Positions 9,240 to 19,148 of a DNA stretch of 64,000 nucleotides are shown here, in pieces (the stretch's first letter is position 1; every line of letters begins with the position of its first letter). The notes beneath the pieces were generated by a model. That model ran no database searches, was not told the origin of the DNA, and saw nothing but the letters and a program-made list of their open reading frames with translations. This DNA comes from Candidatus Bathyarchaeota archaeon (lineage in GTDB: Archaea; Thermoproteota; Bathyarchaeia; Bathyarchaeales; Bathycorpusculaceae): positions 832,001 to 896,000 of the forward strand of contig CAWHXY010000004.1 of NCBI GenBank assembly GCA_963833575.1, in the 5' to 3' direction. A program made the position numbers and the translations under genes.

Positions 9240-10490
9240 TTATGGCCATAGTCCCAGCGTTTTTATGGCGTTAGCTACTCTTCCCACACCCAGCATTAAG
9301 GCCCCTGTGCGCATGTCACTCTCCTCCTTCTCAGCAATGCCAACCACATCGGTAAATGCTTTGGTCATTTTGGCTTCAAGCCTCCTGTTTACCTTCTCAA
9401 GCGGCCACTGCTCACGCGTCAAGTTTTGTACCCATTCAAAGTAACTTACAGTAACTCCGCCACTGTTGGCAAGGATGTCTGGGATGAGGCAGATTTCTTT
9501 TTCATATAACACCTTGTCCGCGTCAGGTGTGGTTGGTCCGTTTGCTGCTTCAGCAACCATCTTTGCTTTGATTTTGTCAGCGTTTTTGATGGTGATTTGA
9601 TTCTCTAAAGCTGCAGGAATAAGCACGTCACATTGCATTTCTAGCAGTTCTTCGTTAGTTATGTTTTTGCAGCCTTTGTAGTTCTGGATAGAGTTAGCTT
9701 TTTCTTTATGGGTTAAAACGTCTGGAATGTTTAATCCATCTTGGCAGTAGATTCCTCCTGTTGAATCGCTGACAGCTATTACTTTGGCGCCTATTTCTTG
9801 GGCTGCAACTGCAGCGTTATAGCCGACGTTGCCGAAGCCTTGGATTGCTATGCTGGCGTTTTTGAGTTTTACGCTGTTGTTTTCTGCGGCTTGTTTTACG
9901 CAGTGGATGACGCCTCTGCCAGTGGCTTCGGTTCTGCCCCATGAACCGCCGATTTCAACAGGTTTGCCAGTGACGCTTTCGGGTATGCTGTAGCCTTTCA
10001 GTTGGCTGTAGGTGTCCATTATCCACGCCATGGTTTGTGCGTCAGTGTACATGTCTGGCGCGGGAATATCGCGTTGGGGTCCGAGGTACTCAAAGATTAG
10101 GCTGACGTATCTTCTGGTTAATCGTTCAAGCTCGTGTTTGCTCATTTTCTTAGTGTCAACGCATATGCCGCCTTTTGCTCCTCCAAAGGGTATGTCGGCG
10201 ATGGCGCATTTCCAAGTCATTAGCATAGCCAACGCTGTTACTTCGTCAAGGGTGATGTTTGGGTAGTAGCGGATTCCGCCTTTGAATGGCCCACGTGCAT
10301 CCCAATGTTGGACTCTTAAGCCGTTGAATACGCCAACGGAACCGTTGTCCATGCGGATGTCGATGCTGACGCTGATGGAGCGTTTTGGTGAGCTGAGCAT
10401 TTTATGCATCCCGGCATCTAACTGTAACTTTTTACATGCAAGTTTGAGTTGAGAGAGAGCGACCGATAATCCAGTATGTTCTTCTGACAT
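9240..10490 (-). CDS. gdhA: Glutamate dehydrogenase (Glu/Leu/Phe/Val family)
   Basis: GPFKGGIRY, MTWKCA, GGAKGG, DIPAPD, QGFGNVG, NSGGVTVSYFEW. Confidence 0.93.
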   Translation of the reverse strand: MSEEHTGLSVALSQLKLACKKLQLDAGMHKMLSSPKRSISVSIDIRMDNGSVGVFNGLRVQHWDARGPFKGGIRYYPNITLDEVTALAMLMTWKCAIADIPFGGAKGGICVDTKKMSKHELERLTRRYVSLIFEYLGPQRDIPAPDMYTDAQTMAWIMDTYSQLKGYSIPESVTGKPVEIGGSWGRTEATGRGVIHCVKQAAENNSVKLKNASIAIQGFGNVGYNAAVAAQEIGAKVIAVSDSTGGIYCQDGLNIPDVLTHKEKANSIQNYKGCKNITNEELLEMQCDVLIPAALENQITIKNADKIKAKMVAEAANGPTTPDADKVLYEKEICLIPDILANSGGVTVSYFEWVQNLTREQWPLEKVNRRLEAKMTKAFTDVVGIAEKEESDMRTGALMLGVGRVANAIKTLGLWP

Positions 10491-10783
10491 AACAAGGCCT
10501 TCTGAATTAAAAGTAATTGGGGTTGGCTAGATAAGAATTGCCGTCGCGTATTTTGTGGGTTTGGTTGATGCTTTTGTATACAGAGTTCGTGTTTAATTTT
10601 TGTTAAGACTTTTGATCCAAATAAGGTGCCTCTGCACTTTTGCTTTCTCGGTCAAATTTGTGCTCAAAATATAGTTCAACATACTTTAATATAGACTGAA
10701 ATTTGTACATTCTGACATAAAAATTCTGATTTTCAATATATTTTAAGTTAAAATTATTGATGTTACGACAAGCTGTTTTGACA

Positions 10784-11092
10784 TTATTTTGATGGTTTAC
10801 TTGATGCTTCTTTATCTCTAAAAATTTCCAGAAAGCCCTTCATTTTCCAATAAGTATCTAAGAATTCTAAGCCACGGGGTGTGGCAAAATAGAGGTTTTG
10901 TTCATCTGTGGTGAGTTTTCTTGTTAATCCATAATTACTGAGTGCTTCTAAGATAGATCTGAGGCGGTCGACTGGGACGCCTACACCGTAGGAGAGGCGG
11001 GTGATTTTTCCACCTTCGGGGTAGCGTATGAGCACCTCTAAAACTTGTGCATAAAGGTCGGTTTTGGAACGCTTAGTTTCTCGGTCCCTCAT
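10784..11092 (-). CDS. Winged helix-turn-helix protein (ArnR1/HTH_45-like)
   Basis: KRSK.DLYA.VL...ITRLSYG...Y..TPRG.EFL pattern. Confidence 0.7.
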   Translation of the reverse strand: MRDRETKRSKTDLYAQVLEVLIRYPEGGKITRLSYGVGVPVDRLRSILEALSNYGLTRKLTTDEQNLYFATPRGLEFLDTYWKMKGFLEIFRDKEASSKPSK

Positions 11093-11116
11093 TTGTAATG
11101 TTCTCCAGGGGTTTTC

Positions 11117-12349
11117 TTAGAATGGCGGGTTAGGTAGAATAGTGACCTTTTTTGGAGGTTCGCTTATAACCGCACCGAAGTCAATCTTAAGCTCATTTGT
11201 ATACGTCACTTGCTCTGCAGCTGAACCCTGCTCCAACTTTACTGTGTCCGCGAAAATGCGTCCTACCCTGCACATCGGTCCGATTACAACTTCAGTCGCA
11301 TAAATGTCGTCAACTCTGGCCATCCCTCCCGCAATAGCCCATTTTGTCGCCCAATTCATTCCCCATCCGACATAGCTTAAGTCCGCACTTTTGCCAACTT
11401 CCACTCTTTCTCCGATCAGAAATCCTTCACATCGGCTTCCGCTACGCACCGTTAACTGTTTAGCTTTGAGCCCCAAGTCGGTCTCTATTTTACCGCTAAT
11501 ATCCGCTTCTTCACGGGCAATTATCTTGTTTGCCTCTAATTTGCCGCTGATTCTAAGAGTGTTCGTTTCTAGTGTGCCCTCGATTTCTGTATTTCCGTAA
11601 CCTTCAACCCTGTCTGAAAACAATGAACCAGAAACTTCCAATTTCCCACCGATTTCAACACGTTGCGCATGACAATCGCCTTGTATTTCTATGGAGCCAC
11701 CAGCTTCGATAAAGTCGCAGGTGAGGTTACCGTCTACTTCGAGTTTACCATAAGTTGAGACTCGGTGTCCCTTGCAGTTAGCAGGCAAAAAGCCCTTACC
11801 ATAAACTAGTAGTTCGCCAAATTCAAGTTGTTGTTTGCTGCTGAATTTTCCCCCGACTGTTATGTTGCCTGAGATAGAGCCTCCTCCAAACTCAGCTTCG
11901 CCGCCAACGCGCAAGTCGCCCAGTTTGACCATGCCAGAAGCATTTACTTTGCCGCCTACATCAACGCTGGAGGCTTCAAACGCGTTCTGGATATCAGCTC
12001 GCCCGCCTACCCTTATCCGATTGCAGATTATAGCGCCAGCAAAAATTTTTCCGCCTACATCAATGTCTTGAGCATTAATTATGCCTTGTACCTCTATTGA
12101 GTGTCCTACATCGAGCCTTTTGTGAACCGTAAGGTTACCGTTTACTTCAAGTCTTCCGCGATGACATTCCAGTGAATCACATTCTAAGTCCCCGCTTATT
12201 TTAGCACTGCTTTCGAAAAACACGCCTTTGGTTACAACTATAGTTTTGCCGTTTTCAGCTTGGATTCTTGCGTCGTGGCCTACTTTTAGTTCTCCCTCAA
12301 CTTTGTCAAGGGTTGCGATCTGTCCGCTTGGAATCCGTAAATCTGACAT
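11117..12349 (-). CDS. Bactofilin-like (polymer-forming cytoskeletal, YhbE/F-type) beta-helix repeat protein
   Basis: Serial G.L.V.G.L.C..I.VGG repeats along most of the 410 aa; C-terminal A.EV.IG..C.V..I.A..V.LE segment. Confidence 0.7.
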   Translation of the reverse strand: MSDLRIPSGQIATLDKVEGELKVGHDARIQAENGKTIVVTKGVFFESSAKISGDLECDSLECHRGRLEVNGNLTVHKRLDVGHSIEVQGIINAQDIDVGGKIFAGAIICNRIRVGGRADIQNAFEASSVDVGGKVNASGMVKLGDLRVGGEAEFGGGSISGNITVGGKFSSKQQLEFGELLVYGKGFLPANCKGHRVSTYGKLEVDGNLTCDFIEAGGSIEIQGDCHAQRVEIGGKLEVSGSLFSDRVEGYGNTEIEGTLETNTLRISGKLEANKIIAREEADISGKIETDLGLKAKQLTVRSGSRCEGFLIGERVEVGKSADLSYVGWGMNWATKWAIAGGMARVDDIYATEVVIGPMCRVGRIFADTVKLEQGSAAEQVTYTNELKIDFGAVISEPPKKVTILPNPPF

Positions 12350-12414
12350 GGTTTTTAGTACAACTCCTGTGCTTTTAAGGGTGATTCACTTTGCGTTACT
12401 ACAACCACGCCATT

Positions 12415-13278
12415 TCACTCCGCTCTTAGGGCTTTTTTCGCAACCAAGTACCCTACGATGGTGAACGCCAAAGCAAAGATTACCAGATATAGCATGTCCC
12501 AAGCGAAAGTAGCAAATTGACCGCTTGATAGTGTGCTATTAATTATTAGTAGTCTTGCTGCATCGTTAGCTTTAGAGATGGGGTTGACTTGAGCTACGGT
12601 TTTCATCCAGTCTGGAAACGATGCTGTTGGGAACATGGCGTTGCTGAGGAATACTACTGGGAACGCTATGAAATTGATTATCGCCACAAGGGAATCAACG
12701 GTTCTTACTGAGAATGCCACAGCGGTGAATATGCAGCAGAAACCAAATGCTAACAACGAAATAGTAGCGAAAACTCCAAGCAAGCCTAAGACGCCAAAGC
12801 CCTGCGCTAACTCCAAGCCGCTAGGAATAACCAAAGCTACAATAAACGCTAACACCGCGATAACCATGGCTTTAACAAAGTTCTGCATTACGCCTGAGAA
12901 GAATATCGATGCTCTGCTAATTGGCTCCGTTAAGAGCGTGTTTAGATACCCAAGTTGTCTGTCAAGCACTATGTCTATGCCGCCGTAAGCCATGTTGATC
13001 ACGACTATGAGCCCTATGATGCCTATTGTTAGGAAAGTTATGTAGTTTGGGGCACCGCTGAAAGTTTGCGTTAGAATAGTGGAGCGGACTTGCTGGAGCA
13101 TTTCCGGCGAGAGTGAGACGCCGCTGATTTGGGAAGGTATCATGTTAGTTGGGTTAAACGAGCTTCCGAAAAGTGCCAGCCAGAAAATGGCCGTGAAGAG
13201 TCCTGGCATAATTGCTGCTGGGTTTCTTATCCATTTCTTAAGTGAGCGTGCTGTTAAGGTTAAGGTGTCATTGAACAT
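12415..13278 (-). CDS. ABC-2 type exporter permease (DrrB-like)
   Basis: About six TM segments; DRQLGYL..LL..P.SR and FP...FPDWM...AQVNPIS. Confidence 0.9.
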   Translation of the reverse strand: MFNDTLTLTARSLKKWIRNPAAIMPGLFTAIFWLALFGSSFNPTNMIPSQISGVSLSPEMLQQVRSTILTQTFSGAPNYITFLTIGIIGLIVVINMAYGGIDIVLDRQLGYLNTLLTEPISRASIFFSGVMQNFVKAMVIAVLAFIVALVIPSGLELAQGFGVLGLLGVFATISLLAFGFCCIFTAVAFSVRTVDSLVAIINFIAFPVVFLSNAMFPTASFPDWMKTVAQVNPISKANDAARLLIINSTLSSGQFATFAWDMLYLVIFALAFTIVGYLVAKKALRAE

Positions 13279-13279
13279 T

Positions 13280-14275
13280 TTACTTCAGCCTCTCAATCAG
13301 CACATGTTGTCCAAAACCGTCGCCATTTGTTGACCCATCGCGCATGGTGTTGCCTGTAATTTGCAGGAACACTTGGTCTAGTGTCGGTTTTGTCAAGTTA
13401 ATGTCGGATATTTTGAGTCCTTTCTTGGTTACGGCTTCAACTATTGCTGGTAGTGCGGTTTCGGTTCGTGCAAGTTTTATATTGTAAGTGTCGTTTTCTT
13501 TTGTAACTGTGGTCACGTCTTGGAGTTTGCTCAGTGGCTCCGACATATCAGCGCCATCAATCAGTTTCAAAGTTAGAATGGTTGCTCCAAGTTTGCCTTT
13601 AAGCTCCGAGGGTGAACCTGACAGTTTGATTTCTCCATTGTCAATTATGGCAATTCTTCGGCAAAGCGAATCTGCCTCTTCTAGGTAATGAGTTGTCATA
13701 AAAACGGTGATTCCATCCTTCCGGTTTAGTTCTTCAATGTATGCCCACATTTTCTGCCTGGTTTGAATATCTAAACCCAAAGTGGGTTCATCTAAAAACA
13801 GGATTTTTGGGTCATGAATCAACCCCATCGCTAGTTGTAATCGCCTGCGCATGCCGCCTGAATATGTTTTAACTTGCCTCTGGGCAGCACTTTCAAGCTC
13901 TAAAAGTTTCAGCAAATCCTGCGCCTTATTGTGCGCTAAAGCGTTTGGAACATGGTGAAGCTTAGCTGCAAGAAGCAGGTTTTCAATGCCTTTTAGCTCA
14001 TCGTCTGCAGTAAGTTCCTGAGGTACTATTCCTATCGCTTTGCGGACTTCTGCAGGGTTTTTACCCACCTCATAACCTGCTACTGTCGCTTTTCCAGAGG
14101 TTATGGCTGCTAGTGTTGTTAGCATTTTTATGGTTGTGGTTTTTCCAGCGCCGTTGGGACCAAGAAACCCAAATAGTTCTCCTTCTTCAACCGAAAAAGA
14201 AATGTCGTCCACAGCTTTTACCGATTTCTTATATATTTTGGTGAGTTTTTCAGCCTCGATTATCATATTTTTCAT
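13280..14275 (-). CDS. ABC exporter ATP-binding subunit (DrrA-like)
   Basis: GPNGAGKTT, YSGGM, LFLDEPT, TTHY. Confidence 0.95.
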   Translation of the reverse strand: MKNMIIEAEKLTKIYKKSVKAVDDISFSVEEGELFGFLGPNGAGKTTTIKMLTTLAAITSGKATVAGYEVGKNPAEVRKAIGIVPQELTADDELKGIENLLLAAKLHHVPNALAHNKAQDLLKLLELESAAQRQVKTYSGGMRRRLQLAMGLIHDPKILFLDEPTLGLDIQTRQKMWAYIEELNRKDGITVFMTTHYLEEADSLCRRIAIIDNGEIKLSGSPSELKGKLGATILTLKLIDGADMSEPLSKLQDVTTVTKENDTYNIKLARTETALPAIVEAVTKKGLKISDINLTKPTLDQVFLQITGNTMRDGSTNGDGFGQHVLIERLK

Positions 14276-14325
14276 TCAATTCACATCTTTCTTTGTAAAT
14301 CATCTAAATGCAATAAATAGTCAGT

Positions 14326-14364
14326 TCACAGTTGGTAATCACAATACGTACTCACAATAAGTTA
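14326..14364. promoter_or_regulatory. Three TCACA direct repeats with 13-bp period upstream of the ABC operon (candidate operator)
   Basis: tcacagttggtaa-tcacaatacgtac-tcacaataagtta, starting at 14326, 14339 and 14352. Confidence 0.4.
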
Positions 14365-14408
14365 GCAAGAAAACAACAATTCGCAAGAAAGATAGAATAC
14401 GGAAAAAA

Positions 14409-14747
14409 CTATAATTTTTCTATATATTCTTCAAAATGTTTTCTATCCCTCAAACATTGAGGGCAGACGCAACTAAAAGGTTGATCTTTTGTGGCGCATA
14501 ACTCATTGTATTTGCACTCTGAACATGGAAAGTTTTTTCCACATCGGATGCATGTTTGAGAAAAAACGACTTCAGTGTTTAGTATAGAAGCGACTGTGTC
14601 AATTACTTTTTCAATATTGTTATAATTTTTGATGGAATAGAGGCTTTGCTCCCGGTTATAGTCTAAGCCTAAGCGTATCAAGAGCATAAATTTTTCTTTT
14701 TCAACCCTTGGAAGCTTGAAACCTTTTGGATTCAAAACAATAACCAA
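14409..14747 (-). CDS. Hypothetical Cys-rich (Zn-binding) protein
   Basis: CxxC..CxxC...C...CxCxxC; directly downstream of rfcL on the same strand. Confidence 0.7.
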   Translation of the reverse strand: MVIVLNPKGFKLPRVEKEKFMLLIRLGLDYNREQSLYSIKNYNNIEKVIDTVASILNTEVVFSQTCIRCGKNFPCSECKYNELCATKDQPFSCVCPQCLRDRKHFEEYIEKL

Positions 14748-14760
14748 TGTTTACATTCCT

Positions 14761-15990
14761 CTAGTACCTGTTCATTTTAACTAGGAAATCAACCTCTTCA
14801 GGTGTAAGCTTAAGCCAAGAAATCAATGCGCTTGACTTTTGCTTTTGCAGCATAGATTTTATGAATGGCACAAATTCATGTTTAGCTATTGAAATGGAAA
14901 CATGACATTGAGCCCCAATTTTTCCGCAAATGCCGTTAAGCATTGTTCTTTTGCCTTTAGTCAAAAACAATGTAATGATCCTAATCGGCGGCGAAATAAA
15001 TTCAAAGGGCTTATACGATTCAGGGGCGACTGCGGCTGCTTTTGACAAATCATTGAAAAAGTACTTTAGAAGATGCCAATACTCTGTTCCAATTCGTCCT
15101 CGGAAAAGGTCTGCTTGAGAAATATAATCGTAGGCGACTGCAAGTTCATCTGGGTTAGTGTATCGTCTGGGAAGGTTGTCGCTTATCGACATTAAAAACT
15201 CATCATAGTCAACGTTTGAGCGGAAAAGTAACGATGAAGCCTCATCAACTGATTTTGCACTGAAAAAGCCTCTAAGTGTTTCGTCCATGCTGATGTCTTT
15301 ATTTCTTGGAGCCAACGCCATTGTGTCCTGCAGTGTTAAGACCTGATTTTCTTCGCTTAGACTTTGCAGATCGTTTATTGCTGAGCGGACGTCGCCTTTG
15401 CTATTTTGAGCTATGTGTTCAAGAGCTTCAAAATCTGCCTTCACATGCTCAAGCAGACAAATCTTTTGCAGTAATGTTATAACGAGCGGTAGTCGGATTT
15501 GGTGAAAACGAATCAGCAAACAAACTTTCTTTAAAGGTCTTAACTTGTCTACGTCAGGATCGTTTGCTGCCATTATAACCGGGACTCTTGATTTTTCAAC
15601 AATGTCTATAATGGCGCTTACTCCACCCCTGTCCTCGTTCCCTGCAATACCATCAACCTCGTCGAGAAAGAGGAGGTTGCCTTTGCTTTCAGCAGTAAAA
15701 GTGTCAAGTGCCAAATAGGAAGTGGCTGGTTTAGCAATCTCATTAACAGCTTTTTCTGATCTTGTGTCGCTGGCGTTCATTTCAATGATTGTAAAGCCGA
15801 ACTCTTTTGCGGCAGCATTAACCATCGCTGTCTTGCCAACGCCGGGTGAACCATAAAGTAAGACTGCTTTCTTGGTTTTGCGCTTGTTTTTTAGCCATTC
15901 GATGAAGGTAGCTTTAGCTTCTTCGTTTCCAACGATGTCTTCTATTTTTTTTGGGCGGTACTTTTCCACCCACAGAAGATCATTTCTCAA
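14761..15990 (-). CDS. rfcL: Replication factor C large subunit
   Basis: WVEKYRPK, GSPGVGKT, EMNASD.R, LDEVDG, GDVRSAINDLQ. Confidence 0.95.
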   Translation of the reverse strand: MRNDLLWVEKYRPKKIEDIVGNEEAKATFIEWLKNKRKTKKAVLLYGSPGVGKTAMVNAAAKEFGFTIIEMNASDTRSEKAVNEIAKPATSYLALDTFTAESKGNLLFLDEVDGIAGNEDRGGVSAIIDIVEKSRVPVIMAANDPDVDKLRPLKKVCLLIRFHQIRLPLVITLLQKICLLEHVKADFEALEHIAQNSKGDVRSAINDLQSLSEENQVLTLQDTMALAPRNKDISMDETLRGFFSAKSVDEASSLLFRSNVDYDEFLMSISDNLPRRYTNPDELAVAYDYISQADLFRGRIGTEYWHLLKYFFNDLSKAAAVAPESYKPFEFISPPIRIITLFLTKGKRTMLNGICGKIGAQCHVSISIAKHEFVPFIKSMLQKQKSSALISWLKLTPEEVDFLVKMNRY

Positions 15991-16988
15991 TAAGTTTCCC
16001 CTAGGACTTTACCGAATTTTCCAAATTGAGCAAGCAGAGCACTCAACTGGATGTCACTGTTCGCGCCTTGTGTTAAGCGGTAATCATATTCGCCGATTAC
16101 GTTTGACAGATCTGCTTTTTGTTCAGGTGTAAGGTCAGACATTTTAAAGATTTCCCGTTGGATTTGACGAATTATTTCGGTGCCTGAAAAGCCAAAAGAC
16201 CCCATTATTTCATACATTGTCTTCCTTGATTCCATGAACTCGCCAAAAAGTGCCTTTCTAATCATTTTTTGAACCTGCATTGGGCTAGCTTCCCCGATAA
16301 CAAGTGAGATTGTTTTTTCATCTATTTCTCCTCCTTCCTTGTAGGCTGACGCTGTCTGCAAAGCATTTATTGCGTGTCTAAGGTCGCCCTCAGAGAAATC
16401 TACTATTCTCTCAGCTGCTTCAGGTAAAAGTTTAACTTTTTCTTTTTTGGCGATGCACTGCAGTTGTTCTTTCATCGCTTGTTTGTCGAGCCTTGAAAAC
16501 CTGAATATGGCGCATCGGCTTTGGATGGGTTCAATTATTTTGCTTGATTGGTTACAAATTAGAATAAATCTGGATGTGCGGGAGCTTGTTTCCATAATTC
16601 TTCTTAGCGCTGTCTGAGCAGGACCAGTCATTTGGTCGCATTCATCAAGAATAATTAGTGCAAACGGGATATCTCCAAAACCTGCACGGCTATAACGCGA
16701 GAAATCCTTAACTCTTTCACGCACTGTGTCAATGCCTCTTTCATCGGAAGCATTAAGCTCAAGGGTGAAGTTTTTCCAGTTTGGACCAAAAAGTTCATGA
16801 GCAATACATAAAGCAAGCGTAGTTTTTCCAGTTCCCGGTATCCCCGCGAACATAAGATGAGGCATCGTTTTGGGATTTCTCATAAAAGCTTTAAGACTTT
16901 CGACGATATCATGTAAATCTACAACTTCATTCAGGTTTTTCGGACGGTATTTCTCAACCCACATAAGTGCTTCTTCATTAACAGCCAT
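15987..16988 (-). CDS. rfcS: Replication factor C small subunit
   Basis: WVEKYRP, GIPGTGKTT, ELNASDERGID, AQTALRR.ME, IQSRC; no intein. Confidence 0.97.
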   Translation of the reverse strand: MAVNEEALMWVEKYRPKNLNEVVDLHDIVESLKAFMRNPKTMPHLMFAGIPGTGKTTLALCIAHELFGPNWKNFTLELNASDERGIDTVRERVKDFSRYSRAGFGDIPFALIILDECDQMTGPAQTALRRIMETSSRTSRFILICNQSSKIIEPIQSRCAIFRFSRLDKQAMKEQLQCIAKKEKVKLLPEAAERIVDFSEGDLRHAINALQTASAYKEGGEIDEKTISLVIGEASPMQVQKMIRKALFGEFMESRKTMYEIMGSFGFSGTEIIRQIQREIFKMSDLTPEQKADLSNVIGEYDYRLTQGANSDIQLSALLAQFGKFGKVLGETY

Positions 16989-17095
16989 TAAGATAACCTT
17001 CAACAATAAATTATACAGTAAAGTGGTTTAATTAAAGAATTTAACTTTTCCCTAGCGACTTACTCTAATCTAACAGAACCGTGAATTCTACATTA

Positions 17096-17428
17096 CTAGC
17101 CTATTTTGCTTCCTTCCAAAATATCCTTCTCTGGTTGAAGCACGGTAACGTTTCCTTCGCTGTCCTCGGCCGCTAAAACCATACATTGTGATTCCACTCC
17201 AGCTAACATGCGTCTTTGAAGGTTCAATAGAAAAACACATTTTTTCCCTACCAACTCCTCAGGCTGATAATACTTAAGTAGACCTGCAACCGCCTGCCGT
17301 TTTTCCAAGCCAAAATCAACCATTATTTTGATGAGTTTTTTCGAATTAGGAATTGGAATTGCTTCAACTATTTTTCCAATGCGCAAATCAAGTTTTTGAA
17401 ATTCATCGAATGTTACTTCTTCAGCCAA
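17096..17428 (-). CDS. Stand-alone tRNA-binding OB-fold protein (Trbp111/CsaA/MetRS C-terminal-like)
   Basis: FDEFQKLDLRIGKI, NL..R.LAGVESQ.MVLAA. Confidence 0.88.
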   Translation of the reverse strand: MAEEVTFDEFQKLDLRIGKIVEAIPIPNSKKLIKIMVDFGLEKRQAVAGLLKYYQPEELVGKKCVFLLNLQRRMLAGVESQCMVLAAEDSEGNVTVLQPEKDILEGSKIG

Positions 17429-17452
17429 ATGTTTTCACGCTCTAGCGATAGT

Positions 17453-18142
17453 TTAGTTTTCAGTGATATTTACTTTGCTTTCAAGTGTAAGCCTGATTCT
17501 TTCTTTTGTGGCTAAATTATGAGCTTGAAACAGCGGTTCGGGAATACGATTTTTGGCACAGTGCTTAACGATTTTTATTGCTGTTTCAAGGGAAACCATG
17601 TGGCCAATACTTACGAAAACAGGCTTGGTGTTTTGCTTTGTAGTTACTACCGCACCGATAATTTCGTCTTTATCAACCAGAAAAGTCTCCCCGTCACGCT
17701 CAATTTGTATACCAATCAATCTGCTTTTTGCAGCTCCAATAGTCGGCTTGTCTAAAGCCAGCCCAAGATGGCTTGCAAATCCACACCTGTAGGGATGGGC
17801 AAGTCCATGTGCATCAACCAGAAACATGTCAGATTGAACTTTGAGTTTTTTTATTGCCGCTATCGTCGGTGGAATTTCTCTAAACGAAAGCAAAGTAGGA
17901 ATGCACGGAATTTTAACTTGACAAGTTGCAACCTGAGTTTCCAAAAGCCCCAAAGAATCAAAATCTAAAACAACTACAGCACTAACACCTAATTGTCCTA
18001 CATAAGAAACATCGACGCCTGCCACAGTTTTTATTTTTGACGATAGTCTATCTTCTAAAATAATTTTTTGCGATAAACACTGTTGCGTTCTGTGAGCTTT
18101 TTTTGCAGAAAAAACCTTCATTAGCTTAAACGGTTCACTCAA
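17453..18142 (-). CDS. nfi: Endonuclease V
   Basis: AGVDVSY, LSFRE, LVDAHG.AHP..CGFASH, PTIGAAKS, PVFVSIGH, RIPEP. Confidence 0.92.
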   Translation of the reverse strand: MSEPFKLMKVFSAKKAHRTQQCLSQKIILEDRLSSKIKTVAGVDVSYVGQLGVSAVVVLDFDSLGLLETQVATCQVKIPCIPTLLSFREIPPTIAAIKKLKVQSDMFLVDAHGLAHPYRCGFASHLGLALDKPTIGAAKSRLIGIQIERDGETFLVDKDEIIGAVVTTKQNTKPVFVSIGHMVSLETAIKIVKHCAKNRIPEPLFQAHNLATKERIRLTLESKVNITEN

Positions 18143-18801
18143 ATCTTAGCCTTTTTCGATTTTCGTTTAGGGGTTCGTATTGCTGGGTCAAACTTTTTTA
18201 AGTAATCTTCAAGAGATTTTCTGCGAACTTCAACTGTGACATCGCCGCGCGTCGACTCTATTATTCTTCTTGCTGTATCTGATTTGTGTCTAAGTCCTGG
18301 GACAAACATGTAGGCCTCGTCAAGAGCCAAGAGTTGGATAAATATCTGATCCATAATTTCTAAGCATTCTTCGCCTTTTCTTACTTCACCTTCACGCAAA
18401 TCATCTAGCGCTAGGCGTCTGTATTCGCCAATAACGTCTGCTAAACCAAGAACGTAATCAACCGAAGGCACGCCTACTTCAGCAGGCGTTATAAAACGTG
18501 ATTCTTTGATAAGTGTTAAAAATATTCGTGCTTCAGAGTGTTCCTGAAGTGCTGCACTAAACATGCCACCATAAATAATCTCGGGATATTGTTTAGCTAA
18601 ATCTTGAAGATTCGAAATTTTTTCTTTAGCATTTTCTATAAGCTCTTCAGCGTCAGCATATTTCTTTTGGTGAATTAGAAGTATTGCTTGTTTTGAAAGG
18701 CTTGTTGCTTTCCGCATGCTTTCATGAGCTTGTTCACGTACATCATTTTTCTGCATAAGGTCGTTTTTAATTTTTTGAAGGACAGTTTCTAGGGCGGACA
18801 A
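18139..18801 (-). CDS. Translin/TRAX-family protein (archaeal C3PO-like)
   Basis: ALQEHSEA and YVLGLADVIGEYRR motifs; LRHK.D.AR.IIE.T. Confidence 0.85.
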   Translation of the reverse strand: MSALETVLQKIKNDLMQKNDVREQAHESMRKATSLSKQAILLIHQKKYADAEELIENAKEKISNLQDLAKQYPEIIYGGMFSAALQEHSEARIFLTLIKESRFITPAEVGVPSVDYVLGLADVIGEYRRLALDDLREGEVRKGEECLEIMDQIFIQLLALDEAYMFVPGLRHKSDTARRIIESTRGDVTVEVRRKSLEDYLKKFDPAIRTPKRKSKKAKI

Positions 18802-18918
18802 AAATTCACCAAATTATTAAATGAATTAAAGATACTTATTTCAATTTCCCAAAAAAACTTGGCTACGTTTTCTTATTTTAATTCGGAAGTCAATTTTCTA
18901 TGAAAGGCTTGGTATCTT

Positions 18919-19058
18919 CTAATGAAAGCTAACTTTAACGAATGCTGAATCTAATATTTTAAATGGAAGTATACTGTCCTCTGCTGTTTCTTTAGGCAAA
19001 CAGAATAGATACTTGCCATCTTTTTTTTGAATAAGCGTACTTTTCCTTCACTTACAAC
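18919..19058 (-). pseudogene. Degraded small protein gene (possibly AbrB-like), frameshifted in an A8 run
   Basis: Minus strand reads VVSEGKVRLFKK, then after a 1-nt shift DGKYLFCLPKETAEDSILPFKILDSAFVKVSFH-stop. It resembles a small bathyarchaeal protein family as I recall it. No start codon. Confidence 0.45.
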
Positions 19059-19148
19059 TTTAGCAACTGCATGATTGGTAATCAAGCACATAAGGGAAAA
19101 AAATAACTATTTACGTTTAACCGAAGACTGAATTGCCCAAGAAAAATA

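Noticed and set aside
6545-16988. Inteins in MCM or RFC
   Set aside because: Protein lengths are normal and the motifs are uninterrupted.
530-17006. Replication origin near priS/gins/mcm/rfc
   Set aside because: No cdc6/orc1 gene and no recognisable ORB motifs in the AT-rich gaps (530-731, 10491-10783).
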